Shown: positions 24,743-38,890 of the stretch, piece by piece
How positions within the stretch are numbered: the stretch's first letter is position 1
How the letters are laid out: every line of letters begins with the position of its first letter
Made by a program: the position numbers and the translations under genes
Assembly: GCF_006345805.1 (NCBI RefSeq)
Contig: NC_043014.1
Location: 11,966,001 to 12,030,000 of the forward strand
Length of the DNA: 64,000 bases
Reading direction: 5' to 3'
DNA from: Octopus sinensis
Lineage: Eukaryota
Notes under the pieces: model-generated
Seen by the model: the letters and a program-made list of their open reading frames with translations, nothing else
Databases searched by the model: none
What the model was told of the DNA's origin: nothing

Positions 24743-25073
24743 TTATTTATTTATTTATTTATTTATTTATGCGCCCTTTTCAAGCCTAGCCAGGCTCATG
24801 GGCCCGGTTTCCCGGTTTCTGTGGCGTATGTGTTCCCCACCAGCTGGACGGGACGCCAGTCCATCGCAGCGTTACTCAAGAAACAGGAAGAAAGAGAGAG
24901 AGAAATTTGGGGCGAAAGAGTACAACAGGGATCGCCATCACCCCCTGTCGGATCCTCGTGGAGCTTTAGGCGTTTCGCTTAATAAACACACACAACGCCC
25001 GGTCTGGGAATCGAAACCGCGATCCTCCGACCGCGAGTCCGCTGCCCTAACCACTGGGCCATTGTGCCTCCAC
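24743..25073 (-). mobile_element. SINE, body C plus tail X, with (AAAT)n tail and 13-bp TSD
   Basis: tcttttaaacttt occurs at 24730-24742 and 25074-25086. tRNA-like head ggaggcacaatggcccagtggttagggcagcggactcgcgg. Confidence 0.92.
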
Positions 25074-26991
25074 TCTTTTAAACTTTGGTAGATCTTATTT
25101 TTGAAGACATACTATTAAGTCCTGGCATATGAATTAAAGCTTTATTGTAGCTCTTGTCTGATAGCTTTTCCCCTTGACCTTTGCAATGTAAAGTCTTTTT
25201 AAGCATTCACCATTCTAATCTCTAATTTTAGGCCTTATTTTGAACATCATACGATTATAATACTTATCAAATTGTTTGCCTCTTAAAATTTAGACATGAC
25301 TCACACCATTAAAATATTTCCTTCCAGTAAGAATACCCAATTATGTGCTATTTCTTGAATTCTGAGTGCATTCAAGTTTTTTGAGAAATTTTTTTATATT
25401 CAAAGTACGTATTATAGACTGCGGCATACAGTTCTGTATACATTTGAAACAAAAGTAAATAGAGTTTGACTTGGAATGGTTCATTCCATGATGTTATAAA
25501 CGGTTTCATATCCCAAAACTTTTACTGATTTTCCGAATTGCTCATAAAACAGCTGTTGTCTTCATCAGAACCCTTCATTTATTCTACCAAATGTATTGAG
25601 TGACTGCAGAATTAAGCAACACAAGTCTATCTTTTAATCCAGATAATTGTCCAGTATTAAGGCACATGGCCTTATGGTTAAGGTAATTGCATCAACGACC
25701 TATGATCGCGGTTTCTATTCCTGGGTCGGGCGGTACATAGTGTTCTTAAACAAAATACTATATTTCATGGTGAAATTCAAAGCAGCTAAAGCCATAAATA
25801 ACTGTAAATCTTAGGTCAAAGAAAAATCTCTTTTGGCAGATAAAATATCGAAGGCTGCCCGTGGGATACGAAGCCACATCTTCTATAAGCATGACAAATA
25901 GTCATTTTTCTATTCAAAGACTTTTGAATCCAGTATTTACACGCTATTATTTATAACTTTATCCGCTTCGAGTGACACCGTTCAAAAGGAGAATTATTTC
26001 ACGTTCTTTCGAAATTTCGAAATTTTTATGACTCCAACTCCATTTCACATTGCTCCCGTCCATGAGTAACCATACGACGGACCAGCGTCCCGTTCAGGAG
26101 CAATGTTGTGATCTCAGACATTTATATATAGCATTGAAACTGGGTAACCAGCTCTATAAGTCCTAGGACTCAAGACAGCAACGTCTAGAGGTGGATGAAG
26201 AGTGTTATTTTCTTTAATTTCACTCACGAGTCATTTATCAACCCGGGGATAAGGTACAAAATATCTATTCGCGAAGCACAGTAGGATAGAATTTAGTTTC
26301 AGGTGGTTTCAAACTGAACTTTTTTAAAACCAGACTTGGCTGGTCCTAATACATACATCGGTTATTTCTTGAAACAGACGTCGAGTAAAAGAAAAATGAA
26401 TTTAGTTAAAGGCAAAATCCTCTTTTCAATGGTTTTTCTTAAAATGAATTAGAAAGAATGAACACTTAGACGCTTTTGGCAATTTTCTCTGCTGCCGTGT
26501 CAGGCCCAGGAGAAGTATATCCCTATTTTCGACAGTGTTTTATAACTATTTCCTTACATCACTATATATTTTTCTCACTGGAGACCTAGGACCCATAAGG
26601 CTGGTTACCTGATTTCCACAGTATATAAGTAACTGAGTTGCAGTGTTCAAGACCAGCAAGGTTTTTCAAGGGAGAGGACAAGTTGATTACATTGACCCCA
26701 GTACTTGAATTAGTACTTTATTTTATCGATCCTGAAGAGATAGAAAAAAATGAGATAAAAAAAAACAAAGTTGACCACGGTGGGATTTGATATCAGAGCG
26801 TCAAGAGCCAGAGAAATATGCCGCTAAGCATTTTGCCCACCGTGCTAATATTTCCACTAGCTCCAGCTCACCGCCCTATACATCACTATATACTCTTCAG
26901 AAATGCATCAATGTCACGTATTCACATTTCTCTTCTCTATAAATCCCATGTAATATTATATGTCATAAATAACCTTTTCGTGTTTTTTCAG

Positions 26992-27095
26992 TGCCACAGT
27001 TTCCGAAGTTGATTCTTTGGGTACCAAAGTCGTAGATGTACGTGCTTATGACAACGACACCGGATCGAATGCTGTCATAACCTATTCAATTGTAG
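26992..27095 (+). CDS. Giant cadherin exon (phase 2 to 1); absent from the ORF track
   Basis: gttttttcag|T acceptor and TAG|gtatgt donor. Encodes SATVSEVDSLGTKVVDVRAYDNDTGSNAVITYSIV. Confidence 0.93.
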
Positions 27096-27579
27096 GTATG
27101 TGTAAATCTTTTTTTTTTTTTTATTTACGGCTAAGTTATTATTGTATTTAGTATGGCGATTCAATAAGTCATATATTCTGCATTTCTCCGATAAATATAC
27201 CTGTTGGGTATGATTGATTGATTGATTGATTCTAGTTTCAGCTTATGAGCTGTGGCCATGCTGGGGCACCGCCATATATATATATATATATAAGCTACTG
27301 CACGCATTTTTTTTCTCTCCTTCTTTCTGTGTTTTTTTTCTCTCTGTGTATCTTTCTGTTGAAGAGCGTAGGCTCGAAACGTTAAAGACTTGTTTTATTT
27401 ATATTTCCTGAGCGCCATACTAATACAATTGTTCGTTTGTTTTCCACCTGCATTCGTCTTTTGTCTATTTTCATAAAGCTTCCCGTTATATATATATATA
27501 TACGCATATATATATATGTGCGTGTGTACGCGCGCTTGTGTGTTTGTTTGTGTGTATATCTGTCTGTATGTGTATGTAT

Positions 27580-27646
<67 letters not shown>

Positions 27647-27861
27647 CATTATGGCGTGCTGAAAAGTTCCTGGCTTTGAGTAAAAGAAAATGCAAGAAGG
27701 TTAATTATGGTTTTATTGAATATGTTCCCCTCTCATATTCACACACCTTTTGCAGGGATCTGTCAGTATTTCTAAGCCCTGTAAAAAAGCTCAGGAGTTT
27801 GGGCCTCCAGCCAGGCCTTTCACGACACCTTTGAAGCCAGAAACTTTTCATCCCTCCCTCG
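27647..27861. mobile_element. Mariner-type MITE, diverged TIRs, TA flanks
   Basis: gtgctgaaaagttcctggcttt ... gaagccagaaacttttcatccctccctcg, with TA on both sides. Confidence 0.75.
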
Positions 27862-27889
27862 TATATATACACACACGCACACACACACA

Positions 27890-27933
<44 letters not shown>

Positions 27934-28097
27934 ACACACACACACACACATAATTTGAGGGGAATTTAGCGCTTACTTCTTGCAGGGTTACAGATCACGT
28001 AGAAGTTACCTTTTTGCTGTAATGTAGTCAATCAAGCACGACAGTTATCGTACCGTTTCCCCGCACTTAACATTGTTTTTCTTTTCTATTTTTTTAG

Positions 28098-29527
28098 ATG
28101 GTAACAGTGCTGGTAAATTTTCCATTGACGCAACATCAGGACGGATAACCATCACAAATTCTCTAGACTATGAGACAACGGAAATTAACAGTTATATACT
28201 CACAACAGAAGCTACGGACTTGTTCGGTGGAGATGGTGCTTTGTCTAGCACCGCTGTAGTTATTGTTCAAATTAGACCCGTGAACGAATTTCCACCCGTC
28301 TTTCAAAACCAGGCGTACTCTGTGGTTGTACAAGAAACGGTAACTATTGGAAGCATTTTACTTCAAGTATCAGCAACTGATGAAGATAAAGGTGATGATG
28401 GACAGCTTACTTATACCATGCCCAGCCACCGGTTGTTTAGTTTAGAAAGCACAACAGGACAACTAAAATTGAAACATTCTTTAGATTTTGAGAAAACTCC
28501 ACAGTTTATTTTGAATGTTACAGCAATTGACAAAGGAACGGTAGCAAAATCTGCAACAACAAAAGTGGTTATTAACGTGGAAAATGTAAATGAAGAAGGA
28601 CCGAAGTGTTCGGAAAATTTTATATCTGTAAGTGTTCCGGAAAGCCAGCAGATTGGTTCATCGTTTGTTTCTCTGTCTTGTAATGATAGCGACTCAGGTA
28701 GGTTTGGCGAGATTTCTTTCTCCATCATGAGTGTCAATGGCGTTCTGAATAACGGACCGTTTGCTGTTGATAACAGCGGAAATTTGAAATTAATTACTTC
28801 CCTAGATTTTGAGAAATCTGAAAAAATACTCATATATATAGCAGTTCAAGATGGCGGAATCCCACCCAAAGATACACTAATCATAATCAGTGTACAGATA
28901 ATCGACATCAATGAAGCTGCACCGGTTTTCGAGGATTTTAACACGACTATAATAATACCTGAGTCGGTACCCATTGGTACGGTTATTAGCAGGATTTCTG
29001 CCAGTGATGCGGACATTAAAGATTGCATTACTTATCACTTAACACAAACGAGCGAGAAATTTCAACTTGATTCGATTACTGGCGATTTGGAAGTAAAATC
29101 AAATCTAGACTTTGAAACCAAGAATATTTATTTACTTCCATTAAAAGCTGTAGACAGTGGTCAGAACCCCAAGCCTCGTACATCAGAAATTACTCTAACA
29201 GTGATACTCACGGATATTAATGATTCGCCACCGGTGTTTTCTCAAAATCTCTACTCTAAAACTATCAGAGAAGATACCGCCATTGACAGTGTTTTAGTCA
29301 CTTTAACAGTTTCCGACAACGATTCAAGTGAAAATGCTATAGCAAATTTTACTGTGATCGGTGACACAAATAACTTTTTCCGTGCTTCCAGAGACAGCTC
29401 AGGCAACTGCAACATAATACTGACGTCGTTGGAGGGAGTTAACTACGAACTAAATACGTCACGAGTGTTCAAAGTGAAAGCCACAGATTCTGGAGGTCTG
29501 TCGTCTGAGACAACTGTAATATTTCAA
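28098..29527 (+). CDS. Giant cadherin large exon (1430 nt, phase 1 to 0, about 4.5 EC repeats)
   Basis: tttttttag|AT acceptor and CAA|gtaagt donor. Uninterrupted frame with repeated LDYE/LDFE, AxDxD and NExPP/NDSPP motifs. Confidence 0.97.
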
Positions 29528-29723
29528 GTAAGTCATCTCTTTTTTAAAACTGATATAGATTACTAAAATTATTTAAACGAATTAACTTTTGAATTAATTT
29601 AAACGTAAATGTCATAAACATTTCATCGTATTGTGATCCCATGGAATGGCAAAGACACTATTCCGTGTCCAATTTCTGTAATACACAACACTCAACACTC
29701 CATATTTTCACACACACACACAC

Positions 29724-29821
<98 letters not shown>

Positions 29822-30550
29822 GATAGGTACTGTAAATTTAGAGTGAATACTTGATAAGTGTAAGCACCTGTATATGCCAGATAGTAGCAGAAGTGAGAGA
29901 ATATATCAAATACAAATTAAAAACAGAACACAAAGGATATCGCGGTACACGTGTTTCAAGCTTTATAAACAATCTGTTATTACATCAGTGTATTATTGAT
30001 ATAAAAGATGATTTAAAGCTCTCTTCAACCGCAAACATTGTTAGTCCAAAGATTACATCACAAAATAAAAAGTACACGTAGTATTACCCATTATAATAGG
30101 TTTATCACGTCTTGAAAAAGTATATTTGTATAATTGTATACATGTATAAATGTATATGCAGATAGATAGATAGATAGATAGATATACGCACACACGCATA
30201 CACACACACACATATATATATATACATATATACATACATACATACACATACATAATATATACATATAAATGTGTGTGTGTGTGTGTGTATGTGTGTGTGT
30301 GTGTGTGTACATACATACATATATTACAGAGACATGGGTGGGAGCGAAAGATAGAGAGAACGGGAAGAAAAGCAATTAGAAAGAAGGTACTTTCCTTTCC
30401 TTTCCCGAGGGTGTGATGTCGATTAAAGAATGACATTGTGGGTAAATGTATTCTTTCCCTTGTAGCAGCATCCAGTCTGCGACACGTTGAAGCTCAACGG
30501 TCATTTGACATTTAATGCTATAATTTTTTTGCGTGTTTTGTTACATTCAG

Positions 30551-31196
30551 ATTCAGCCATTAAATGAATATGCTCCGGTTTTTCTCAATGGCGCCCGGAC
30601 GTTAACTGTTGACGAAAATTGCACTGCTGGCAGCCAGTTAACTGTTGTTAATGCCACAGATCTAGATGGAGGCAAAGATGGTCAAATACATTACAGATTG
30701 GTAAAAGGGTTTGCGAAATTCACCATTGCTAGCAAGTCTGGAGAAATAATTATTCAGAACGAACTGGATAGAGAAGAGAGAGAATTTTATCAACTGGAAG
30801 TTATCGCTGTTGATGGAGGTGAAGATCCGTCGGCTTTTAGTGCAACGCTGACCTTAAGCATTCATATCAATGACGTGAATGATAACAGGCCTTCGTGTCA
30901 GCAGGAACATTATTTCGTTCAAATTCGAGAAGATGAACCAGTAGGAACGGAAGTGCTTCATTTAGTGTGCTCTGATAATGATAAAGACCCAGCTAAGAAG
31001 AACAATGTCTTAACGTATGCGATTACCAGCGGAAACGAAAGAAGGGCGTTTTCAATGAATTCCAGTAGCGGTTTGCTGAGCACTTTTACCTCCCTTGATC
31101 GAGAATCCGTGTCGTCTTATGAACTGTTCATTCAAGTGTCTGACAAGGGTTCGTCACCATTGTCAGTAGATTTGGTTTTACAAATTAGAATCGAAG
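30551..31196 (+). CDS. Giant cadherin exon (phase 0 to 1, about 2 EC repeats)
   Basis: ttacattcag|ATT acceptor and AAG|gtaact donor. Encodes IQPLNEYAP...LDREERE...DVNDNRPSC...LDRES. Confidence 0.96.
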
Positions 31197-31700
31197 GTAA
31201 CTACTAATTGTTTTCTTGATTGTACTTATTCAAATTAATCAATTATTAAGATACAGTAAAACAATTTTCTTAAAATATATATCTTTTATATATATATATA
31301 TATATTTCTACTCTAGGAACAAGGCCCGAAATTTGGGGGGAGAGGGCCAGTCGATTAGATCGACCCCAGTACGTAACTGGTACTTAATTTATCGACCCCG
31401 AAAGGATTAAAGGCAAAGTCGACCTCGGCGGAATTTAAACTCGGAACGGCAGACGAAATACCGCTAAGAATTTCACCCGGGGGTGCTAACGTTTTTGTCA
31501 GCTCGCCGCCTTTCGATCCTCTCAGATTCGATAAAATAAGTGCCAGTTGCGCACTGGGGTCGATATAAGTGACCAACAAAATTTCAGATCTTATGCTTAT
31601 AATAGAAAGAATTATATGAAACAAAATAAATATCGAAAAAAAAAACTCAAAAGAAAAATTTAGCTTTTGAATAATAAAATGAATTCTTTTTCTTTGCCAG

Positions 31701-31823
31701 ATGTTAATGACAATTTACCTGTATTTTCGCCACCGAATTACTCCTTATTCATCTTTGAGAACACAAGTGTTAATAGCTTCCTTCTTAATCTGACAGCTAC
31801 AGACAAAGACACAGGAGCGGCAG
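31701..31823 (+). CDS. Giant cadherin exon (phase 1 to 1)
   Basis: tctttgccag|AT acceptor and CAG|gtgagt donor. Encodes DVNDNLPVFSPPNYSLFIFENTSVNSFLLNLTATDKDTGAA. Confidence 0.95.
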
Positions 31824-31900
31824 GTGAGTTCATCTATTTGTTCGCTTCTCACGTTTTTTTTTTTTGTTTTTTCAAAGTCAGAGGAGGTAAGACAGCTGCC

Positions 31901-32133
31901 TATTTCTTTACTACCCGCAAGGGGCTAAACACAGAGAGGACAAACAAGGACAGACAAACGGATTCAGTCGATTATATCGACCTCACTGCGTAACTGGTAC
32001 TTATTTAATCGACCCCGAAAGGATGAAAGACAAAGTCGACCTCGGCGGAATTTGAACTCAGAACGTAGCGACAGACGAAATACCGCTAAGCATTTAGCCC
32101 GGCGTGCTAACGTTTCTGCCAGCTCGCTGCCTT
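31901..32133 (-). mobile_element. SINE family A, full length
   Basis: Reverse complement of the consensus, with imperfect flanking duplication gacagct. Confidence 0.9.
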
Positions 32134-32564
32134 ATGACAGCTACCACGACCATGACTGAACAGATCTATGAGATAAAAGAATCTCTAACTGCGACCATCT
32201 ATTCAATCTATTCAATCTATTTCAATCTAAAGCCAGTGAGGGAGATTTGACGGTTGTTTTTAACAGATCGCGTAGCCATGTCGATACTGCCTCGTTGACT
32301 CATGTATGGCTATGGGCTGCAGCAACAGAAAGCAGTTTTGAGGGTTGCTTTTCACTTGTTTCAGTCTGCGGCCATGCTGGAGCACCACTTTTTTTTTTGA
32401 TCGAATGAATCAACCGCCAGTACTTATTTTTTAAAAGCCTGGTACTTATTCTATCAATCTCTTTTGCCAAACTGCTAAGTTACGGGGTCGCAAACACTCC
32501 AACACTAGTTGTCAAGCGGAGGTGAGAGACAAACACAGACATAAAGACACACACATGCATAGAA

Positions 32565-32606
<42 letters not shown>

Positions 32607-32744
32607 TTTCTTAGGCTATAGTAGAAGACACTTACTCAAGGGTCCACGCAGGGGGACTGAACCTGGCACCATGTGATTGCGAAGCAAGCTTCTTACCACA
32701 AAGCCACGCCTGCGCTTATAAAGATGTGCAAAAGATGGTCTACT

Positions 32745-33013
32745 GCAAATATTCTGCTCAATACCACAGATTTGCTTGTCAGTTGTTTGACCTTCACCAA
32801 TTGAGCATGACCCTTAGTGGCTGACGATATGTATTTCTCTGATTGTGAACAGGAGTAATGGGAGAATGCTATTTGTGTCGAGAAGAATTCTTTGGGGTTT
32901 GAATAATTCACTTCTGGAAGCATAACTGTTTCGTTCATCTTCCTTAAAATCAAACCTTATTCGGGGACCTTTTGGGCAATATGGGCTACTCAGACTGAAG
33001 AAAATTCTAACTG
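32745..33013. repeat. Interspersed repeat family E, unclassified
   Basis: aaatattctgctcaataccacagatttgcttgtcagttg... has a diverged second copy at about 49255-49428. Confidence 0.65.
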
Positions 33014-33204
33014 CAAGATCATGTACTGATTATCTTGACATGAGATCACCATTTCGCGCACATATTGCTGTGATGCATGTGCCGTGTGTACACTTAACAG
33101 AGGGGTAGTCATGGTGGGTAATTTGGGCTTCCTATATTTGTACCCTATAGTCACATTGATGGCAAGCATGGTTCTCTCACTCAGTACAACAACTACTACT
33201 ACTG

Positions 33205-33281
<77 letters not shown>

Positions 33282-33394
33282 CTTTTCTCCTTTAGGCACT
33301 AGGCCAGGACTTTTGTGAGGAGGGGGACAATCGATCACATCAAACCCAGTACTTGACTGGTACTTGATTTATCGACCTCGAAAGGAGGGAAATA

Positions 33395-33439
<45 letters not shown>

Positions 33440-33525
33440 TAATAATAACAACAACAGCAACAACAATTAGAAAAGAAGTCGATAAAATAAAGTAACAGTA
33501 ATATGCTGCTATTGAATTAGTCGGT

Positions 33526-33563
<38 letters not shown>

Positions 33564-33646
33564 TTTTGTGAAGTTAAATACATGAACGCTATTACATAAT
33601 AAAAACATGGATATAATTAACAGTTTAAAGAAATATATATTTGCAG

Positions 33647-36299
33647 GTTCCATTTTCTATAGTATATTATCCGGAAATATTAAAAACCAATTCATGCTTG
33701 ATTCTGTGAGCGGCGAAATGCGACTCCTGACAGGTTTGGACCGAGAAGATATCTCATCATACGACTTATTAATACAAGCCTCCGATAAAGGTTTCCCGCC
33801 TTTGAAGACTTTCTGTCACGTGACCTTGACTGTCCTTGATATCAACGACAATGCACCCATTTGTACTTCCTCGTATATTAAAGTAATTTTGGCCGAAAAC
33901 AAGCCTCTGGCTTCTGTTGTTACCAATGTTGAATGCAACGACGAGGACAGTGGATCGAATGCTGTTGTTTCTTACAAGATCATCTCTGGCAACCACGAAA
34001 GCTCATTTGCCATCGATGGCCAAACGGGGATGATAACAGTGAAAAAGAATTTAGATGCCGAAAGAAATCAATCTCTTTTACTCGAAATTGAAGCTTCCGA
34101 TGGGTTTCATAAATCGGAAGTCAGAGTAGACATTTCTATATCGGATATCAATGAGACTCCACCACAGTTCCAGCCACCGGGCCCTTACAAGGTATCGATA
34201 TCAGAAGACAGTGCAATAGGATCAACAGTTTACCAAGTGACCGCTATAGACGAGGATGTGACATCGACTTCCGTCTTATATTCCCTGTTGACAACCCAAA
34301 ATTCAGTGTTCATCATCGACCCTAAGACTGGTATTATACAACTAAACAGCCGACTTGACTGCGACACAAAATCTCTGTACATACTTCAGGTGGAAGCCAG
34401 CGATAATAGTCCACGTCAACCGCTCTCTCAAACAGTTAATGTCAACGTGGTCGTTACCGATGTGAATGACAACTATCCCCAATGTTTCCCTCCATATTTG
34501 TTTTCACTCCTGGAAACTTCACCGTTTCCGTTGGATGTAAGTCAACTTAACTGCCAAGATAAAGATCCTTCGTCACCGGAACTATCTTACAGAATAGAAA
34601 ATGCAAACGAGGCAAAAATGTTCCACATTGATGAAAGAACAGGGTTAGTGCAGCTTATAAAAGCTCTTGACTACGAAACAGCCAAAATACATACATTGAG
34701 CATCAACGTCAGCGATAATGGCGTACCCAGGCTTTTGACTAAAGTCTTGATAACAATAGAAGTCCGTCCTGTTAACGACAACGCTCCGACTTTCTCACCG
34801 TTTTTCGTGCGAAGGGTAAGTGTCGAGGAAAACGTGCCTCTTGGAATTAGTTTGCTGAAAGTTAACGTTAAAGACGCTGATGTTGGAGAGGATCACGGTC
34901 TTGTGAGCCTGTCGATCGAAGCAGGAGATCAGAACGGAAATTTCTATATTGATTCTAAATCAGGCTCGCTGTCTCTGATCAGGTATTTAGACCGGGAGAC
35001 GAAAGCCATATTCAACTTGACAATTATTGCCAGAGACTGTATTCATGACATTGGAGTTCCAATGACGGCAACAACCACTTTGATCGTTTCTGTTATGGAT
35101 GTTAATGATAATTATCCGCAATTTAGCCAAAACAGTTTCCTTTTGAAAGTAAATGAAAATGCCAAACCCGGCAGTAAACTTCTGACGTTTCATGTACGAG
35201 ATGAAGATACAGGCTTAAGAGGGAGAACTACTCTGGCTATCGTAGAAGGTAATGAGAAAAATATATTTTCTATAATCCACTCCCATCTTCTCCTCCACAA
35301 AAATCTCGATTATGAAACAAAGCCGTATTTTCGGTTGAAAATAAAAGCTCGTGACAGAGGCAGCGAATCGTTATCTTCCTTTTGTCACGTTAATATCGAA
35401 GTGATACCCCGAAATGAATTCCCACCAGTGTTTTTAGAAAGGAACTCGAGTTTGGTTTTGAGGGAAACCGTTCCGGTTGGAACGATTGTCTGTAAGGTCA
35501 ATGTAAGCGATAAAGACGGGAGTTTAAACGGGCTTTTGAATTTTTCCATCATTTCTGCTACACCGTTAAATGCACCTATATCTGCGTTCGAACTATACCA
35601 AAAGTCTGGTGAAATTAGTCTTGTGTCTAAACTGGACTTTGAAACAATGCCTGACATATTCAACCTTGTCGTGAGAGCCACTGATCAAGCAGCGTCTGAT
35701 GATATCCCGTTTTCCAGCACCTTAATACTTTCAGTAACAATTTTGAATGAAAATGATAACCCACCGATATTTACTCAAACTTCTTTCAGTTTTGAAGTCA
35801 GAGAGAACAGTCCACTTGGTATATACATTGACCAAATTACAGCTCTAGACATGGACTCTGGATCGTTTGGAAAAATCAACTACACTATTGTAGACAATAC
35901 ACATGACTTCGGAATAGATCCTTTGGACGGAAAGCTTTACCTGAATTCAACCTTAGATTACGAACAGAAACAATTGTATTTTTTAACAGTGGAGGTTCGA
36001 GACGAAGGAATCCCGCCGCTGAGTGCTACATGCTTAGTCAAAATAGCAGTGATAGATGTCAATGATAATGCCCCTGTGTTTCCTCTAAGTGAACAGTCTG
36101 TGACAGTCATTGAAGATGTTGCACAAAACACAGTCATATTCAAATTACATTCAAGCGATGCCGATTCTTATAAATCTGGTAACAACCAAGTACAATACAA
36201 GCTATTCGAAAGCTTTCCTTCGAGAAATTACTTCTCTATAGATGCGTTCAGCGGAGAGATATACATAAAGCAACAACTGGACCGAGAAACCATACCACG
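33647..36299 (+). CDS. Giant cadherin very large exon (2653 nt, phase 1 to 2, about 8.5 EC repeats)
   Basis: atttgcag|GT acceptor and ACG|gtaata donor. Stop-free frame of about 884 codons with tandem EC repeats, ending QQLDRETIP. Confidence 0.98.
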
Positions 36300-36914
36300 G
36301 TAATAATTATTTGTTTTTATCAATACATTATAGTATATTACATTTATCACTACTGTTGGACAATTTCCGCCTGCTACTGATGTATATTTGTATTATTTAA
36401 CACAGTACGTCAATAAGAGATATTATCTGCTAAAGAATATCGCAGTATGATACACAGATGGCTGTTTTAATCTAATAATGCTTCTGTTACATATAATGAC
36501 TTTACCATGTACTAAATAATACATTTAATAGTATCTAAGCGACGTCATCCTCCATGTAGCCGTGTCTACTAGAAGAAAGTATCGATAAACAGCTCTTATG
36601 TCCTCGGCTAATGTCACCGAAGTAACAGTAACTATCAGACGAAATAGAATCCTCAAACAAATATTTCTTTTAAATTCTTTAGCACCATAATTTTTTATTC
36701 AAACTTGCTCTCCAAAACGCAATCTCCTGGAATTCCATTCCAGCCTGCGTCTGTCTTTCTTTCTTTATTTATTTTTCCCCTGAAGACGTTAGCTTACAAA
36801 TATTCAAGATAAACGTATACTGCGATGATAATGGGAACTGTCTCACCTCTCTTTATTAAGCATTTAGAATGGCTTCCTTCGCAAGTAGATATCTATAAAT
36901 TTATTTCGGTAAAT

Positions 36915-37101
36915 AGGCACAGGAGTGGCTGTGTGGTAAGTAGCTTGCTTACCAACCTCATGGTTCTGGGTTCAGTCCCACTGCATGGCATCCTGGGCAA
37001 GTGTCTTCTACTATAGCCTCGGGCCTACCAATGCCTTGTGAGTGGATTTGGTAGACGGAAACTGAAAGAAGCCCGTCGTATATATGTATATATGCATATA
37101 T

Positions 37102-37165
<64 letters not shown>

Positions 37166-37381
37166 CGTGTATGTTTGTGTCTGTGTTTGTCCCCCCAAAT
37201 CACTTGACAACCGATGCTGTTGTGTTTACGTTCCCGTAACTTTGCGAATCGGCAAAAAGAGACCGATAGAATAAGTACTAGGCTTACAAAGAATAAGTCC
37301 TGGGGTCGATTTGCTCGACTAAAGGCGGTGCTTCAGCATGGCCGCAGTCAAATCACTGAAACAAGTAAAAGAGCAAAAAGT
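36915..37381 (+). mobile_element. SINE family B, full length
   Basis: Matches 4359-4827. Further copies lie at about 32353-32718(-), 40178-40610(+), 43012-43365(-), 53705-53985(+) and 61280-61730(-). Confidence 0.92.
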
Positions 37382-38572
37382 AAATTCGACAAGGCAACTT
37401 TGAACATACAACCTATTATCTACTCAATTATTCGGTTACACATAATGAGTTCTTGTTTGTTTGTTTGATTGATTTTTCTAGCATTATTAACGGGTGTAAA
37501 CGAAGCAAAATTGCTTTTTAACTGCCAGTAGAACCGACTTAACAGACTCGATTCATGCGGAGCTTAAATCGTTATCCATAATACCGTGTCTTTTTGCCTA
37601 CTTTGTTATTCGTTTTTATTGGTTTGCTCTGACGTAAGACGCTGGTACCCAGGACTTCCGAAACATGAATAAACAAGTTCTTATCACAATGTCAGAAGAT
37701 GTTTAATCCCAGGTTAACCCTGGTCAAGCATAACTATGATCAAAGTTGCAACCAGCGATAAACACCCTTGTCCTCTGTGTAACAAGGACTACTACTAATG
37801 ATAATGCACATTGTCCAGGGTCTCCTTTCTACTTTTGTTTCAAGTCAGTAGAGTGTGATTGAAGGGAGACTTGACTGCTATTTCTAACAGGTGGAACGTC
37901 ATTAGAAGATGCATATCTCTATCGGCTTGCATCTTTTAGAGAAGATAAGGGTTCCGGGATGACAACTCGAAAGGTTAGCGCCTCGCATTCACTGACTTGT
38001 CAACAAGACAACGTAGGTTCTGTGGCAAAATTTGATCTGATATTCAAGGATCATTAACAGAACTTCAGTATCTTTATCTCCGGTGTACATAAGCAGAATT
38101 AAATTAAAATAACCTTCTATGCATCATATTTAATGTATATACACAGCTGGCAGGCAAAATACTACGATAGCGGACTATTTTTATTCAATGCAGCTGTAAT
38201 TGTGTGCAACAGATTTTCTATTCAGCCCAGCGGCTATTCGCAATATCGAATGTATTATGCGCGCTTTCTTATATATCGGTGACGACAAATCTCGTCAAGG
38301 CAAGTGGCTGCGAGTCCAGGTGTTTGACAAGGCCCAAGAAGGCTGAAGTTCATCTGGTGTTCTCATTAACCACTGCCGCACAATTTTTTGTCTCTCCCCG
38401 GACACAAGATTTTTATCTCGGACTAAAATAGCAGTATCTTGCCTCTCAACGGTGTATACACACCACGTATCATATATAGATAGTTATCTTTATTTATTTA
38501 AACATACTCTAAGAGAAATTTTATTGTGCTTTTTCCTGTCTGTTTTTTTTTTCTGTTTCTGTTTCACTGTAG

Positions 38573-38890
38573 ACACAAACTGATAATTTTGGCCGTCGAC
38601 CAAGGTTCACCACAGTTAAGCGGGACAACCACTTTAACTGTAATTGTAGAAGATGTCAATGATAATTCTCCTGTCATTAGAGGTGATTATAAACGAAGAA
38701 TACCTGAAGATACGTTACCAGGTTCGTTGGCGTTCAAGATTTCGGCTTTTGATGCAGACATCGGGATCAACGCAGCATTGTCTTTTGAAATAGTTGATGG
38801 TAACACAAATTCTGATTTCGAAATTGACAGATCTTCCGGCTATTTGTTTGTAAATAATTCTTTAGACAGGGAACAGCGTAGCACGTACAG
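38573..38890 (+). CDS. Giant cadherin exon (phase 2 to 2)
   Basis: ttcactgtag|A acceptor and CAG|gtgagg donor. Encodes RHKLIILAVDQGSP...DVNDNSP...LDREQRSTY. Confidence 0.95.

Noticed and set aside
33607-33646. ATG starts given by the ORF track for the cadherin ORFs (also 28073, 30533, 41064 and 42232)
   Set aside because: These are intronic read-ins upstream of clear AG acceptors. The cadherin sequence starts at the acceptors.
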